Virus record (IMG/VR): IMGVR_UViG_3300010362_000043
Location: 1-42,154 of that record
Length of the DNA: 42,154 nt
Direction: 5' to 3' (one strand)
Source: a virus
Lineage: Duplodnaviria; Caudoviricetes
Shown: positions 1-8,900 of the stretch, piece by piece
Layout of the letters: the number at the start of each line of letters is the position of its first letter
Numbering within the stretch: the first letter of the stretch is position 1
Program-made: the position numbers and the translations under genes
The notes under the pieces: model-generated
What the model was told of the DNA's origin: nothing
Database searches by the model: none
What the model saw: only the letters and a program-made list of their open reading frames with translations

Positions 1-31
1 CCGCACGCGCGAAGTGTACGGCTCATCCGTC

Positions 32-466
32 ATGCCAAGCCAACCCAAGCCGCCCGGCAAGACGCGCCGGCGCAACCTCGCCGATCACGAATGGCGCTAT
101 CTGCCCGACGAACCGTCCGGGCTTGACGCGCCGCCGATACCGGCCAAGAACCGGCGTGGCCCGTGGGGCAATGACGCGAAGCTCGCGTGGCGCGAGTGGT
201 GGGCGTCGCCGATGGCGCGCGTATGGCTTGAGTCGGACAAGATCGCGCTTCGCCGCGCGCTTCGCTTGGTGGACGACATCGCGTGCGGGCGGTCGTCGGA
301 GCATGGCGCGTTGACCGCGCTGGAAGACCGACTCGGCTTGACGCCGAAGGCGCGCCGCCACCTGCAATGGGAAATCGACCGGGCCACGGCGCAAGCGTTC
401 GCCGCGCCGTCGCCGCCACAACCGCCCGACGCCGATCCACGGCTTCGGGAAGAAAGGGCCGCATGA
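32..466 (+). CDS. terS: terminase small subunit
   Basis: Actinophage TerS-like motifs (WREWWASPMA, EDRLGLTPKARRHLQW); first gene after the putative packaging site. Start could be GTG14 or ATG32. Confidence 0.8.
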   Translation: MPSQPKPPGKTRRRNLADHEWRYLPDEPSGLDAPPIPAKNRRGPWGNDAKLAWREWWASPMARVWLESDKIALRRALRLVDDIACGRSSEHGALTALEDRLGLTPKARRHLQWEIDRATAQAFAAPSPPQPPDADPRLREERAA

Positions 467-540
467 CCGAAACGCCGACGCCGGCGCCCGAGCCGGAAGC
501 GCCGCCCGAGCCGCCCGAGCCGAGCGACGACGACACGTAG
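463..540 (+). CDS. tiny acidic Pro/Glu-rich peptide
   Basis: ATGA overlap with terS stop, preceded by GAAAGGG; MTETPTPAPEPEAPPEPPEPSDDDT. Confidence 0.45.
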   Translation: MTETPTPAPEPEAPPEPPEPSDDDT

Positions 541-595
541 CGCCAATGGCGTCCGGACGCGAACGTGCCGCGCCCGGACGCCGGCGAGCGTACCC

Positions 596-844
596 ATGGA
601 ACTGCGATGGGACACCTACCGCCCGCGCGATGCCGTGCAAGCCGCGCGCCTGGCCGGACCGTATTGGCTGGACGGCCGCTACCACCGCGACGGCTACTTG
701 GTCCGCGATGACGACGGCCGCGTGATCGTCGTGGACGTGGCCGAGTTCGAAGCGGTCTACCGCCCGAGCGAGAATGGCCCGGACACTTCCGCGACGCCTA
801 CTGAGACTTTAGTATCACGACCATGGGAACCAACATCGCCGTAG
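596..844 (+). CDS. hypothetical protein
   Basis: 82-aa ORF filling the gap in the + strand operon. Confidence 0.6.
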   Translation: MELRWDTYRPRDAVQAARLAGPYWLDGRYHRDGYLVRDDDGRVIVVDVAEFEAVYRPSENGPDTSATPTETLVSRPWEPTSP

Positions 845-1338
845 CCACCCGAAGCCGGCTTGTCGTTTCGGCCACCATCGCGCTTTACCTTGGCGCCATC
901 GTCGCCGCCAACCTACTGGCCACGCACTACGGCGCCAAAGCGACGCCGTACATCGCCTTCGCCCTGATCGGCGCGGACCTCACAAGCCGCGACACGCTGC
1001 ACGACGTTTGGACGAAGAACCGTTGGCTTCGACTCGGAATCCTGATCGCGGCGGGCGGCATTCTCTCCTACGTCTTGAACGCCGACGCCGGCAAGGTCGC
1101 CGTAGCGTCCGTGGTCGCCTTCACGAGCGCGGCCATCGTGGATACGGCCATCTATACGGCCGTGCGCGCCGACTGGCAACGGCGCGTCATGTTGTCGAAC
1201 GTTTGCGCCGCCGCCGTGGATTCGGTTCTTTTCCTTTGGATCGCCTTCGGCGTCTTCGGTGCGATCACGTTCGCTCAGTTTTGCGCCAAAGTGGCGGGCG
1301 GCGCCGTGTGGGCACTTGCGCTTGGTTGGCGCAAGTGA
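823..1338 (+). CDS. VUT/YhhQ-family queuosine-precursor (preQ0/preQ1) transporter
   Basis: Multi-pass hydrophobic protein with GADLTSRDTLH and SNVCAAAVDSVLFLWIAFG motifs; coupled to a DpdA-like gene. Confidence 0.8.
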   Translation: MGTNIAVATRSRLVVSATIALYLGAIVAANLLATHYGAKATPYIAFALIGADLTSRDTLHDVWTKNRWLRLGILIAAGGILSYVLNADAGKVAVASVVAFTSAAIVDTAIYTAVRADWQRRVMLSNVCAAAVDSVLFLWIAFGVFGAITFAQFCAKVAGGAVWALALGWRK

Positions 1339-2105
1339 AGTTCTACCTTGGCACGCATCTTCCCGGTTGGTTGAACGACATAGACGTTCCGTTGTTCGTG
1401 AGTCATCGCCAGTTGTCACGGTACAAGTGGCTACCGATTCCGGCCGGCGAATGGGCGTTGGATTCGGGCGCCTTCACTGAACTGTCGATGTTCGGCGAGT
1501 GGAAAACAACGCCGGCCGAATATCTTCGCGCCGTCGATGACTACGTTCACATGGGGAACCTGGCGTGGGCGTCGCCAATGGATTGGCCGTGCGAACCGGC
1601 GATGCGCGAGAAGACCGGGCTATCGGTCGAAGACCACCAATACCGCACGATCATTTCCTATCTGGAACTTCGGGACCACGGACCGTTTATCCCGGTCTTG
1701 CAGGGATGGACGCCGGACGACTACTTGGAATGCGTAGACCTTTACCGCATGGCCAACGTGGACTTGACCAAGGTTCCGTTGGTCGGGCTTGGGTCCGTGT
1801 GCCGACGCCAGGCGACCGCCGAAATCGAAACCATTGTGGCCGAGCTCGCGGGATTGGGAATCCGGTTGCACGGGTTCGGCGTGAAGACGGGCGGCTTCGG
1901 CCGTTACGGGCGTCTACTCGCGTCGGCCGATTCGATGGCATGGAGTTATCAAGCCCGACGCGCGCCGCCGCTTCCCGGCTGTACGCGCCACAAGAATTGT
2001 GCGAACTGTCCGCGCTACGCCTTGCGTTGGCGTGAGCGCGTTTTGGCCAACTTCGATGCGACGCCGGCGCGGTTGTTTGCGTTGGGCCGAAACGGCGCGC
2101 TGTAG
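1335..2105 (+). CDS. dpdA: DpdA-like / TGT-fold 7-deazaguanine transglycosylase
   Basis: GTGA overlap; LDSGAF, DWPCEP, IPVLQGW, VGLGSVCRR, LHGFGVK, SADSMAW motifs and a C-terminal Cys/His cluster. Confidence 0.75.
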   Translation: MKFYLGTHLPGWLNDIDVPLFVSHRQLSRYKWLPIPAGEWALDSGAFTELSMFGEWKTTPAEYLRAVDDYVHMGNLAWASPMDWPCEPAMREKTGLSVEDHQYRTIISYLELRDHGPFIPVLQGWTPDDYLECVDLYRMANVDLTKVPLVGLGSVCRRQATAEIETIVAELAGLGIRLHGFGVKTGGFGRYGRLLASADSMAWSYQARRAPPLPGCTRHKNCANCPRYALRWRERVLANFDATPARLFALGRNGAL

Positions 2106-2183
2106 CCGCAATGTTCGCAGTATCGGGCGCCATGGCCGGCGTCCAAGTTGCGCGATTCCCGGCCGCAATCGGGACAAAGAGTC

Positions 2184-3755
2184 ATGGCACTTCCGCCTTC
2201 GCTTGGTGGTCACGTCTGCCGATGGGTCGAAACCTTCTTGGTTCACGGTCCCGGCGACATTCAGAGCGACCCGATCACGCTGGACGGCGAGTTTCGCGCC
2301 TTCGTGTGGCGCGCCTACGAACTGCGCACGGACGGCGCGCGGCGCTACCGGCGCGCGTTCCTGTCTCGCCCGAAGGGAAGGGGAAAGTCAGAACTGGCGG
2401 CGATGCTCGCCGGCGCGGAACTTCTCGGGCCGGTCCGCTTCGACCACTACGCGGACGCCGGCGAAGTGGACGAACTCACGGGCTACACCTTCACGGCCGG
2501 CGAACCCGTGGGCCGGCCGGTCACGGCGCCCGAAGTGTTGTGTATCGCCACCGAAGAAGGCCAAGCGGGCTTCGTCTACCTGGCGGCGCGCTACATGCTT
2601 CGCAACGGGCACGCGGCCGACTTCTATCCGGTCGATGCCGGCTTGACGCGAACCTACATCGGCGGCGGCGGATCGCTGGAACCCGTCACGGCGGCGGCGA
2701 ACTCCAAGGACGGCGGGAAGTCCACCTTCATCGTGGCCGACGAAACCCACCATTGGGTGACGCCCGAGCTTCGCCGGCTACACGCGACCGTGAAGCGCAA
2801 CATCGTCAAGCGCCGCGTGGCGGACGGGTGGCTTCTTGAGACTTCGACCGCGTACCGGCCAGGGGAACAATCGGTGGCCGAAGGGTCGTTGGAAGTGTGG
2901 CGTCTGATCGAAGCCGGCGAAATCGAAGACCCCACGCTTCTCGTGGATCACCGCCAGGCGCCCGACGAACTGGACGTGGGCGACGACGAAGCGCTACGCG
3001 CCGCGCTCGCGCGCGTGTACGGCGACGCGGCCGGCTGGACGAACCTTGAAGGCATCTTCTCCGAGTTCCGCGACCCGAGCGCCGACGAAGCCGAGAATCG
3101 GCGCTATTGGCTCAATCAGGTGGTCAAGGCGACCGATCAATGGATGGACGCCGGCGTGTGGCGCGAGCGCGCGGCGCCGGCCACCGAAGTGACACCGGGC
3201 GAAGCGATCACGCTCGGCTTCGACGGTTCGATCACGGACGACGCCACCGCATTGATCGGTTGCCGCTTGGCGGACGGCCATATCTTCGTTGTGGGGCTTT
3301 GGGAACGCCCGGAGGGAGATAGACACTGGACGGTGGACCGACGCGCCGTAGACGCGGCCCTGGCCGACGCCATGGCCACGTTCCGCGTGGTGCGCGTCTA
3401 CGCCGATCCGGCGCTATGGCAAGACACGTTGGACCGTTGGTCGGCCGAGTGGCCGAAGATCGTCGTGGGGTGGCCGACCAACCGCGACCGGGCGATGGCG
3501 TTCGCGCTTGAGCGCTTCCACACGGGCGCGGCCACGGGCGAACTGTCGCACTCCGACGACGCGCGTCTGACGCGCCACGTCCTGAACGCTCGGATTCGGC
3601 GCGTGCGGTCGGGCGACCTGATCGCCAAGGACGGCACCCACTCGCCGCGCAAGATAGACGCGGCCATCGCCGCAACGCTCGCCTACGAAGCTCGGGCGGA
3701 CGCGATAGCGGCGGGCGAACTGCGACCGAAGGCGTCGGGCTTCGCGTTCATGTAG
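2184..3755 (+). CDS. terL: terminase large subunit
   Basis: Walker A RPKGRGKSE, Walker B IVADETH, nuclease LGFDGS..DDAT and KIDAAIA. Start may be TTG2148. Confidence 0.95.
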   Translation: MALPPSLGGHVCRWVETFLVHGPGDIQSDPITLDGEFRAFVWRAYELRTDGARRYRRAFLSRPKGRGKSELAAMLAGAELLGPVRFDHYADAGEVDELTGYTFTAGEPVGRPVTAPEVLCIATEEGQAGFVYLAARYMLRNGHAADFYPVDAGLTRTYIGGGGSLEPVTAAANSKDGGKSTFIVADETHHWVTPELRRLHATVKRNIVKRRVADGWLLETSTAYRPGEQSVAEGSLEVWRLIEAGEIEDPTLLVDHRQAPDELDVGDDEALRAALARVYGDAAGWTNLEGIFSEFRDPSADEAENRRYWLNQVVKATDQWMDAGVWRERAAPATEVTPGEAITLGFDGSITDDATALIGCRLADGHIFVVGLWERPEGDRHWTVDRRAVDAALADAMATFRVVRVYADPALWQDTLDRWSAEWPKIVVGWPTNRDRAMAFALERFHTGAATGELSHSDDARLTRHVLNARIRRVRSGDLIAKDGTHSPRKIDAAIAATLAYEARADAIAAGELRPKASGFAFM

Positions 3756-3760
3756 GCAAC

Positions 3761-3785
3761 AAAAAAGCCCGCCGAAGCGGGCTTT
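3761..3785 (-). terminator. intrinsic terminator, possibly bidirectional
   Basis: AAAAAAGCCCGC-CGAA-GCGGGCTTT; U-tract on the minus strand downstream of the antisense cassette. Confidence 0.85.
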
Positions 3786-3803
3786 GGTGGGAAGTCGCTT
3801 GCG

Positions 3804-3965
3804 CTACGCGACTTCGGCCAGTCCGCGCGCGAGCGACGCGCGGAAGACGCCGTGGACCTGTGCCCACGTAAGCGTGCCCGACTCGGCGAGCGCCACCGCG
3901 CGAAGAACGTTCGGCGTGGGGAACTCGCGGGCGAACTCGCGGACTTCGGACTCCATGGTGGTCAT
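3804..3965 (-). CDS. hypothetical protein, 53 aa (not in ORF track)
   Basis: RBS AGAAAGGATGG, then MTTMESEVREFAREFPTPNVLRAVALAESGTLTWAQVHGVFRASLARGLAEVA. Confidence 0.7.
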   Translation of the reverse strand: MTTMESEVREFAREFPTPNVLRAVALAESGTLTWAQVHGVFRASLARGLAEVA

Positions 3966-4001
3966 CGGACCATCCTTTCTGGCGCGGCGCGCCGTAGGTG
4001 A

Positions 4002-4193
4002 CTAGCGAAGGTCTTCCGGACGTTCGGCGGTCACGTCGCCATCGGCCCACTGGACTTCAACCAAGGTCGGCTCGGTAACGGAACCCTTGGAAGTGATGAC
4101 TTCGACGCCGGCGTGAAGACCGATCACGGTTCCGGTCAGGATGCGACCCTGAACGGTCGTAATGGTGATGGTCTGTCCGATTTCGTAGGTCAT
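4002..4193 (-). CDS. small beta-rich (SH3-like) hypothetical protein
   Basis: RBS GAAAAGGAATCCGC directly before ATG4193; 63 aa. Confidence 0.75.
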   Translation of the reverse strand: MTYEIGQTITITTVQGRILTGTVIGLHAGVEVITSKGSVTEPTLVEVQWADGDVTAERPEDLR

Positions 4194-4236
4194 TTGCGGA
4201 TTCCTTTTCGGTCTTGGTTTCTGCTCTCTAATACAC

Positions 4237-4275
4237 CTATCGGCACGACGCGTTACAAACCTTAGCGAATTTCCC
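4237..4275 (-). promoter_or_regulatory. sigma-28 (FliA/WhiG)-like promoter P1
   Basis: Minus strand GGGAAATTCGC-TAAG-N16-GCCGATAG. Confidence 0.7.
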
Positions 4276-4285
4276 AAGAAATTTC

Positions 4286-5689
4286 ATGGCCGATATAGCG
4301 CCGACAATTCCACGGCTTGAGAATCGAACGCCGGTCGATTGGCTTTCGATCCTTCTTGCGCGGCTTGACGCCCAAGCCCGCCGTGTCGCCGTGCCGGAAG
4401 CGTATTACAACGGCGTCCATCCGCTGCAATTCGCCACAACGAAATTCCGCGAAGCGTTCGGCCAGTTGTTCGGCGCCTTCGCGGATAATTGGTGCGGCAT
4501 CGTCGTGGACGCGCCCGTGGAACGCCTACAGGTGATCGGCTTCCGCTTGGCCGGCGCCGAAAGCGCGGACAACGACGCGTGGGGAATCTGGCAACGCAAC
4601 TCCATGGACGTGGAGTCCGTCATCGCCCACACGGAAGCCGGGAAAGCCGGAACCGCGTACATCTTGGTTGACCCAAACGACGGCGAGCCGCGAATCACGG
4701 TCGAACACGCGTCGCAAGTCGTGGTGGCGAGCGATCCGGGCGACCGGCGTTCGCGCCTAGCCGCGCTCAAGCGATGGCAGGGCGACGACGGCCACCTGTA
4801 CGCCACGGTCTATCTGCCCGACTACGTGGTGAAATTCGAATCCGTCGAACCCGTGCAAATGATCGGCGGCGGGCAAACCGAATACCGGATTCGCACCGAT
4901 GACGCGAGCGGCCCGAACCCGCTCGGCATCGTGCCCGTGGTGCCGTTGCAAAACACGCCCACGCTTCTCTACGGCGGCGAATCGGACTTGAAGCCCGCGA
5001 TTCCGATTCAAAACGCGATCAACAAACTCTGTTCGGACCTCATGGTGGCGTCGGAGTTCGGCGCGTTCCGCCAACGCGTGTTGACCGGCGTGGAGATTCC
5101 GCGCGATCCGGAAACCGGCCGGCCACTCGGCCGCTCCGAGATTACCGCCGCCATGTCGCGACTCTGGACGTTCGAAAGCCCGGACGCCAAGGTGACGGAC
5201 CTTGGGCAAACCGACCTTTCGAATTTCACCAAAGCGGTGGACATGTTCCGCCAAGACCTTGCCGCGCAGACGCGCACGCCACCGCACTACCTACTTGGCC
5301 AGGTGGTCAACGCTTCCGGCGACGCGCTCAAGGTGGCCGAAGCGGGCTTGGTTTCCAAGTGCCGGCGAAAGATTCTCTACTTCTCCGATCCGTGGGAAGA
5401 AGCCATGTCGTTGGCCCTGGCGGCAACGGGCCGCACCGTTGCGCCGGCCGACGTGCAATCGCTTTGGGCCGATCCGGAGCGGACAAGCCTGGCCGAGCTT
5501 GTGGACGCGTCCGTGAAGAAGCGGACGTTGGGCATTCCCTTGGAAGTGATTTGGCTGGAACTCGGCTACACGCCGGCCGAAATCGAAGACATGAAGAACT
5601 TGGCCGGTCTACCCGACCGGCCGCCGCGAACGGCAACGCTCGCGAACGTGCCGCCCGTGATCGACGGCGGCACGCCCACCAACGCATAG
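4286..5689 (+). CDS. portal protein (SPP1 gp6-like)
   Basis: Follows terL; YYNG.HPL, NWCGIVVD..VERL, TRTPPHYL, SGDAL motifs. Confidence 0.93.
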   Translation: MADIAPTIPRLENRTPVDWLSILLARLDAQARRVAVPEAYYNGVHPLQFATTKFREAFGQLFGAFADNWCGIVVDAPVERLQVIGFRLAGAESADNDAWGIWQRNSMDVESVIAHTEAGKAGTAYILVDPNDGEPRITVEHASQVVVASDPGDRRSRLAALKRWQGDDGHLYATVYLPDYVVKFESVEPVQMIGGGQTEYRIRTDDASGPNPLGIVPVVPLQNTPTLLYGGESDLKPAIPIQNAINKLCSDLMVASEFGAFRQRVLTGVEIPRDPETGRPLGRSEITAAMSRLWTFESPDAKVTDLGQTDLSNFTKAVDMFRQDLAAQTRTPPHYLLGQVVNASGDALKVAEAGLVSKCRRKILYFSDPWEEAMSLALAATGRTVAPADVQSLWADPERTSLAELVDASVKKRTLGIPLEVIWLELGYTPAEIEDMKNLAGLPDRPPRTATLANVPPVIDGGTPTNA

Positions 5690-5701
5690 GAGGGGGAACC
5701 C

Positions 5702-6235
5702 GTGGCCGAAGCCACGCCCACCGCCGACGCCAAGCCGGTCGAACCGGCCACGTCGGATACAGGGCCGAAGCCCGCGACGGAACCCGAGAAGGCGCCCGAG
5801 AAGGCGCCGGCGAAGGTTCCTGACGAAGCCTACGTGAAGTCGCTTCGCAAGGAAGCGGCCGACACGAGAAAGCAACTGGAAGCCGCCACCGCGCGGCTAC
5901 AGGAACTTGAAGACCGCGACAAGTCCGAGTTGGAGCGTGCGACCGCACGCGTGGCCGAGAGTGAGCGGCGCGCGGTGGACGCGGAAGCCAAACTTCTCCG
6001 ACTGGAAGTCGCGGCCGAACGCAAATTGAAGGCGTCGGCCGTGGCGCTTCTCCACGGCGACACGCGAGAAGAAATCGAATCTTCGGCAGACGCGCTCGCC
6101 GCGTTCGCCAAAGACAACGAAACGCCATCGCCCGGCTTCGACGGCGGCGCGCGAACAACGCCCGCCGAAACGAAGAAGCCGGAAGTCGCACACAACGATT
6201 GGCTCATGCAAGCGTTGGGTCGCACGCCTTCGTGA
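5702..6235 (+). CDS. capsid scaffolding protein
   Basis: RBS GGAGGGG; coiled coil with KSELER and GDTREEI motifs; precedes capsid gene. Confidence 0.85.
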   Translation: MAEATPTADAKPVEPATSDTGPKPATEPEKAPEKAPAKVPDEAYVKSLRKEAADTRKQLEAATARLQELEDRDKSELERATARVAESERRAVDAEAKLLRLEVAAERKLKASAVALLHGDTREEIESSADALAAFAKDNETPSPGFDGGARTTPAETKKPEVAHNDWLMQALGRTPS

Positions 6236-6267
6236 ACTCGGGCGCGTAGTCGCCCGGAGAAGGAACC

Positions 6268-7206
6268 ATGGCAAATCAGATTCCCATTTCCGGCGCAACG
6301 CCGGCGGCGGGCGGGTATATCCTGCCCTACGAACAGGGCGACATTTTGACCAAGGGCGTCTTGCAGGAAGCCGGCGCTCTGGCCCTGGCGGGCGACTCGC
6401 GCGCCACGTCGGCCCGCAAAACTCAGTTCGGTATTTGGCTCGGCGCGCCCACGGCCGCGTTCGTCGGAGAAGGCGCGGACAAGCCCGTGACGGGTGCCGA
6501 GTTCGGCCAAGCCGTCCTGAACGTCAAGAAGGTGGCAACCATCGTCCTGTTCACGGACGAAATGCTGGAAGACGTGCAAGCGGGCGACCTGAATCCGCTT
6601 GTCGATGCCGGCGTGCGCGAAGCCATCGCGGACGTGATCGACGCCAACATCATCGGCATGGACAACGGCGCCGCGATCACGACCAACTTCGACAACGCCT
6701 TGAACGGCACCACGGCGTCGGTCGAATACGACCAGACCAAGCCGGACGCGATGGCGAAGGCGGTTTCGGCCGCCATGGGCGTCTTGGAAGCCAACGGCTA
6801 CGGCGACGTGGGCCAAATGGGTCTTCTTCTCGCGACCGGCTTCGCGCAAATTCTGCGTGACGCGCGGAGCGCGGCCGATGCCGCGCAACCGATCTACGGC
6901 GCGGGCGGCATGGGCCTTGACCCCACCTACGGCGTCCAGTCGTCCGTGTCGTCCAACCTGACGCCGGCCGGCGCCGCGCCGGCCGCAGGTGGCGTGGTCG
7001 GCTTCGTCGTCTACCGGCCGAATCTCCACGTTCGCCTTCGGCGCGACGTGACCGTGACGACTTCCACGGAAGCGACCGTGAACGACGGCACGGCCGACCG
7101 TTCGCTATTCCAAGAAGACCTGACGGCCGTTCGCTACGAAACCCGGCTCGGGTTCTACGCGCACGACCTCGCCCGCGCCGTCGTGAAGATCACCAACGCG
7201 GCATAA
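6268..7206 (+). CDS. major capsid protein (HK97 fold)
   Basis: AAFVGEGADKP, KKVATIVLFTDEMLED, SLFQEDLTAVRYETRLGF. Confidence 0.95.
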   Translation: MANQIPISGATPAAGGYILPYEQGDILTKGVLQEAGALALAGDSRATSARKTQFGIWLGAPTAAFVGEGADKPVTGAEFGQAVLNVKKVATIVLFTDEMLEDVQAGDLNPLVDAGVREAIADVIDANIIGMDNGAAITTNFDNALNGTTASVEYDQTKPDAMAKAVSAAMGVLEANGYGDVGQMGLLLATGFAQILRDARSAADAAQPIYGAGGMGLDPTYGVQSSVSSNLTPAGAAPAAGGVVGFVVYRPNLHVRLRRDVTVTTSTEATVNDGTADRSLFQEDLTAVRYETRLGFYAHDLARAVVKITNAA

Positions 7207-7210
7207 CGCC

Positions 7211-7507
7211 ATGGCCACCAAGGATGAATTGGTGGCGTTCGGCCAGGCGCACGGCATCGCCGTGGATATGTCGATGTTGAAGGGCGACATTGAAGCGGCG
7301 ATTGCCGACGCCGGCTATGACCCAACGACCATCGGAGTGCAAGCCGTGTCCGAAGAACCGACCGCGCCGGCCAACGGCGAAGAAGAACCGCGTGGGTCAA
7401 GCGACGCGCAGTTTTCCACCTACGCGGAAGTGCAACCCGACACGGACGAACGGCCGGCGCCCGGCCGGCAAGTCGAACAGACTCGCGGAGAGGCGAGCGA
7501 AACCTAG
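7211..7507 (+). CDS. hypothetical head-associated protein (short N-terminal helical motif, acidic tail)
   Basis: ATKDELVAFGQAHGIAV...KGDI resembles HeH-type motifs found after capsid genes. Confidence 0.6.
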   Translation: MATKDELVAFGQAHGIAVDMSMLKGDIEAAIADAGYDPTTIGVQAVSEEPTAPANGEEEPRGSSDAQFSTYAEVQPDTDERPAPGRQVEQTRGEASET

Positions 7508-7747
7508 ATGCCACTTCCCGAACCCCGGTCCGTCGTGGTGCAAATGCCACGGCGGGCAGGGGTCGGGCTAGAGATACCGGAACGCCAAGCGGATTGTTCC
7601 GGTCATCGCCCGTCGTGGTTTCCGTTCCAAGTGAACGTGTGCGACTGCGACGACGCGCCCGACCCCATCCTGTACAGCGGTCGGCAACTTGCCTTGCCGC
7701 CGCCCGCCACGGTCTTGCCGTGGCCACGAACCGACCCGTGCGCATGA
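7508..7747 (+). CDS. hypothetical protein
   Basis: Abuts both neighbours (TAGATG and ATGA junctions). Confidence 0.55.
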   Translation: MPLPEPRSVVVQMPRRAGVGLEIPERQADCSGHRPSWFPFQVNVCDCDDAPDPILYSGRQLALPPPATVLPWPRTDPCA

Positions 7748-8235
7748 CCGTAGAGCCGGCCACCGTTCCGCCGCTCGCCAAGCCCACGCCCGACGACGTG
7801 GCCACGCTTCTCCGCGCGCGGACCAAAGACCTTGACGGTTCCGAGCTTGGCGTGTTCACGGACGCCACGCGGCCCACGGCCGATGAAGTCCAACGGATCA
7901 TCGACCTTGCCTACGCGGAAGTGACGGGCCGCGCCGGCGTCTACATCGGCTCACGATGCGCCGAAGGCGCGAAATCGCTGGTCGTCATCCGCGCCGCCGC
8001 GTGGGTCGAACTCTCCTACTGGCCCGAGCAAATCCGGTCCGACCGTTCCGTCTACGCGGAATTGATCGACCAATGGACGACGGGCATCCTGGCGCTTCTT
8101 GAGTGCGTGCAAGGCAACTTGCCCGGCGATGCCGGCGAGGACGGCGGCACGCTTCACTACCGCTTCGGCGTGCTGGACGTTCACGGCTGGACGGCATCGC
8201 CCTACTACGGCGCGCCGGACGTGCCGGCCGAATAG
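7744..8235 (+). CDS. head-tail adaptor
   Basis: PTPDDVATLLRART, TRPTADEVQRII; position in head-neck module. Confidence 0.7.
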   Translation: MTVEPATVPPLAKPTPDDVATLLRARTKDLDGSELGVFTDATRPTADEVQRIIDLAYAEVTGRAGVYIGSRCAEGAKSLVVIRAAAWVELSYWPEQIRSDRSVYAELIDQWTTGILALLECVQGNLPGDAGEDGGTLHYRFGVLDVHGWTASPYYGAPDVPAE

Positions 8236-8237
8236 GC

Positions 8238-8276
8238 AAAGAAAAACCCGGATCGGAAGCCACTAACCGATCCGGG
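8238..8276 (-). terminator. intrinsic terminator
   Basis: Minus strand CCCGGATCGG-TTAGTGGCTT-CCGATCCGGG-TTTTTCTTT. Confidence 0.85.
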
Positions 8277-8393
8277 CCTTTGGGGGAACCTATCACCACT
8301 AACTTGGTTCCTTCACGTCGGTTCCGGGTTTTCTAGGGTGGTTTCCGGTTCCGCCGCCGCTTTGGGATTTTCCTTGGTGGTTTCCCTTTGCAC
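8238..8393 (-). ncRNA. candidate small RNA, or leaderless 26-aa micropeptide mRNA (8313..8393)
   Basis: Bounded by promoter P2 and a terminator; six GGAA motifs; two hairpins with UUAGUGG in their loops. Confidence 0.55.
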
Positions 8394-8398
8394 TAAGA

Positions 8399-8435
8399 GT
8401 ATCGGCATTGTAGCGCAAACCTTTAGCGAATTCCC
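8399..8435 (-). promoter_or_regulatory. sigma-28-like promoter P2
   Basis: Minus strand GGGAATTCGC-TAAA-N15-GCCGATAC. Confidence 0.7.
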
Positions 8436-8444
8436 GACGACAAT

Positions 8445-8900
8445 ATGCCCGACGATTTCCTACAGGCCAAGGGCGTGGATCGCGCCGTTCGGGACATGAC
8501 CGGCGTGTCCAAGCGCGCGGCCGATATCAAGAAGGCGTCGTTCAAGGTCCGCACGATCTACCGCCAGTCCGAAGAAAAGCGCTTCCAGTCTCGCGGCCGT
8601 GGCACATGGCCACCGCTCAAGGAATCCACCAAGGAATCCAAAGCGCGCCACAACTACGATCCGCGCGTCATGCGCGCGACGAACGCGCTACATCGCGCGC
8701 TCACGTCGCCACGCGCTCGCGGCCAGATTGACGAACGCGACACGGACGAATTCCGGTTCGGCACGGACATTCCCTACGCGCGGTATCACGACACGGGCCA
8801 GGGCGTGCCGCAACGAAAGCTGATCGAACTCACGCCCGCCGAACGCCAGGACATTAGCGACGCTTTGGGCGACTTCATCGCCAAGGGCGAGACACGATGA
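8445..8900 (+). CDS. neck / virion morphogenesis protein (Mu gpG-like)
   Basis: WPPLKEST and FGTDIPYARYHDTG..VPQR motifs. Confidence 0.8.
   Translation: MPDDFLQAKGVDRAVRDMTGVSKRAADIKKASFKVRTIYRQSEEKRFQSRGRGTWPPLKESTKESKARHNYDPRVMRATNALHRALTSPRARGQIDERDTDEFRFGTDIPYARYHDTGQGVPQRKLIELTPAERQDISDALGDFIAKGETR

Noticed and set aside
7985-8299. Minus-strand ORF with a plausible RBS inside the sRNA unit
   Set aside because: Runs through the terminator and antisense to the adaptor gene.
8236-8445. Mini-CRISPR array interpretation
   Set aside because: Repeats are about 10 nt and irregularly spaced; no cas operon.
8619-8640. AAGGAATCC twice, resembling the shared RBS
   Set aside because: Lies inside a CDS (KESTKESK), lacks the final GC, and has no downstream start.
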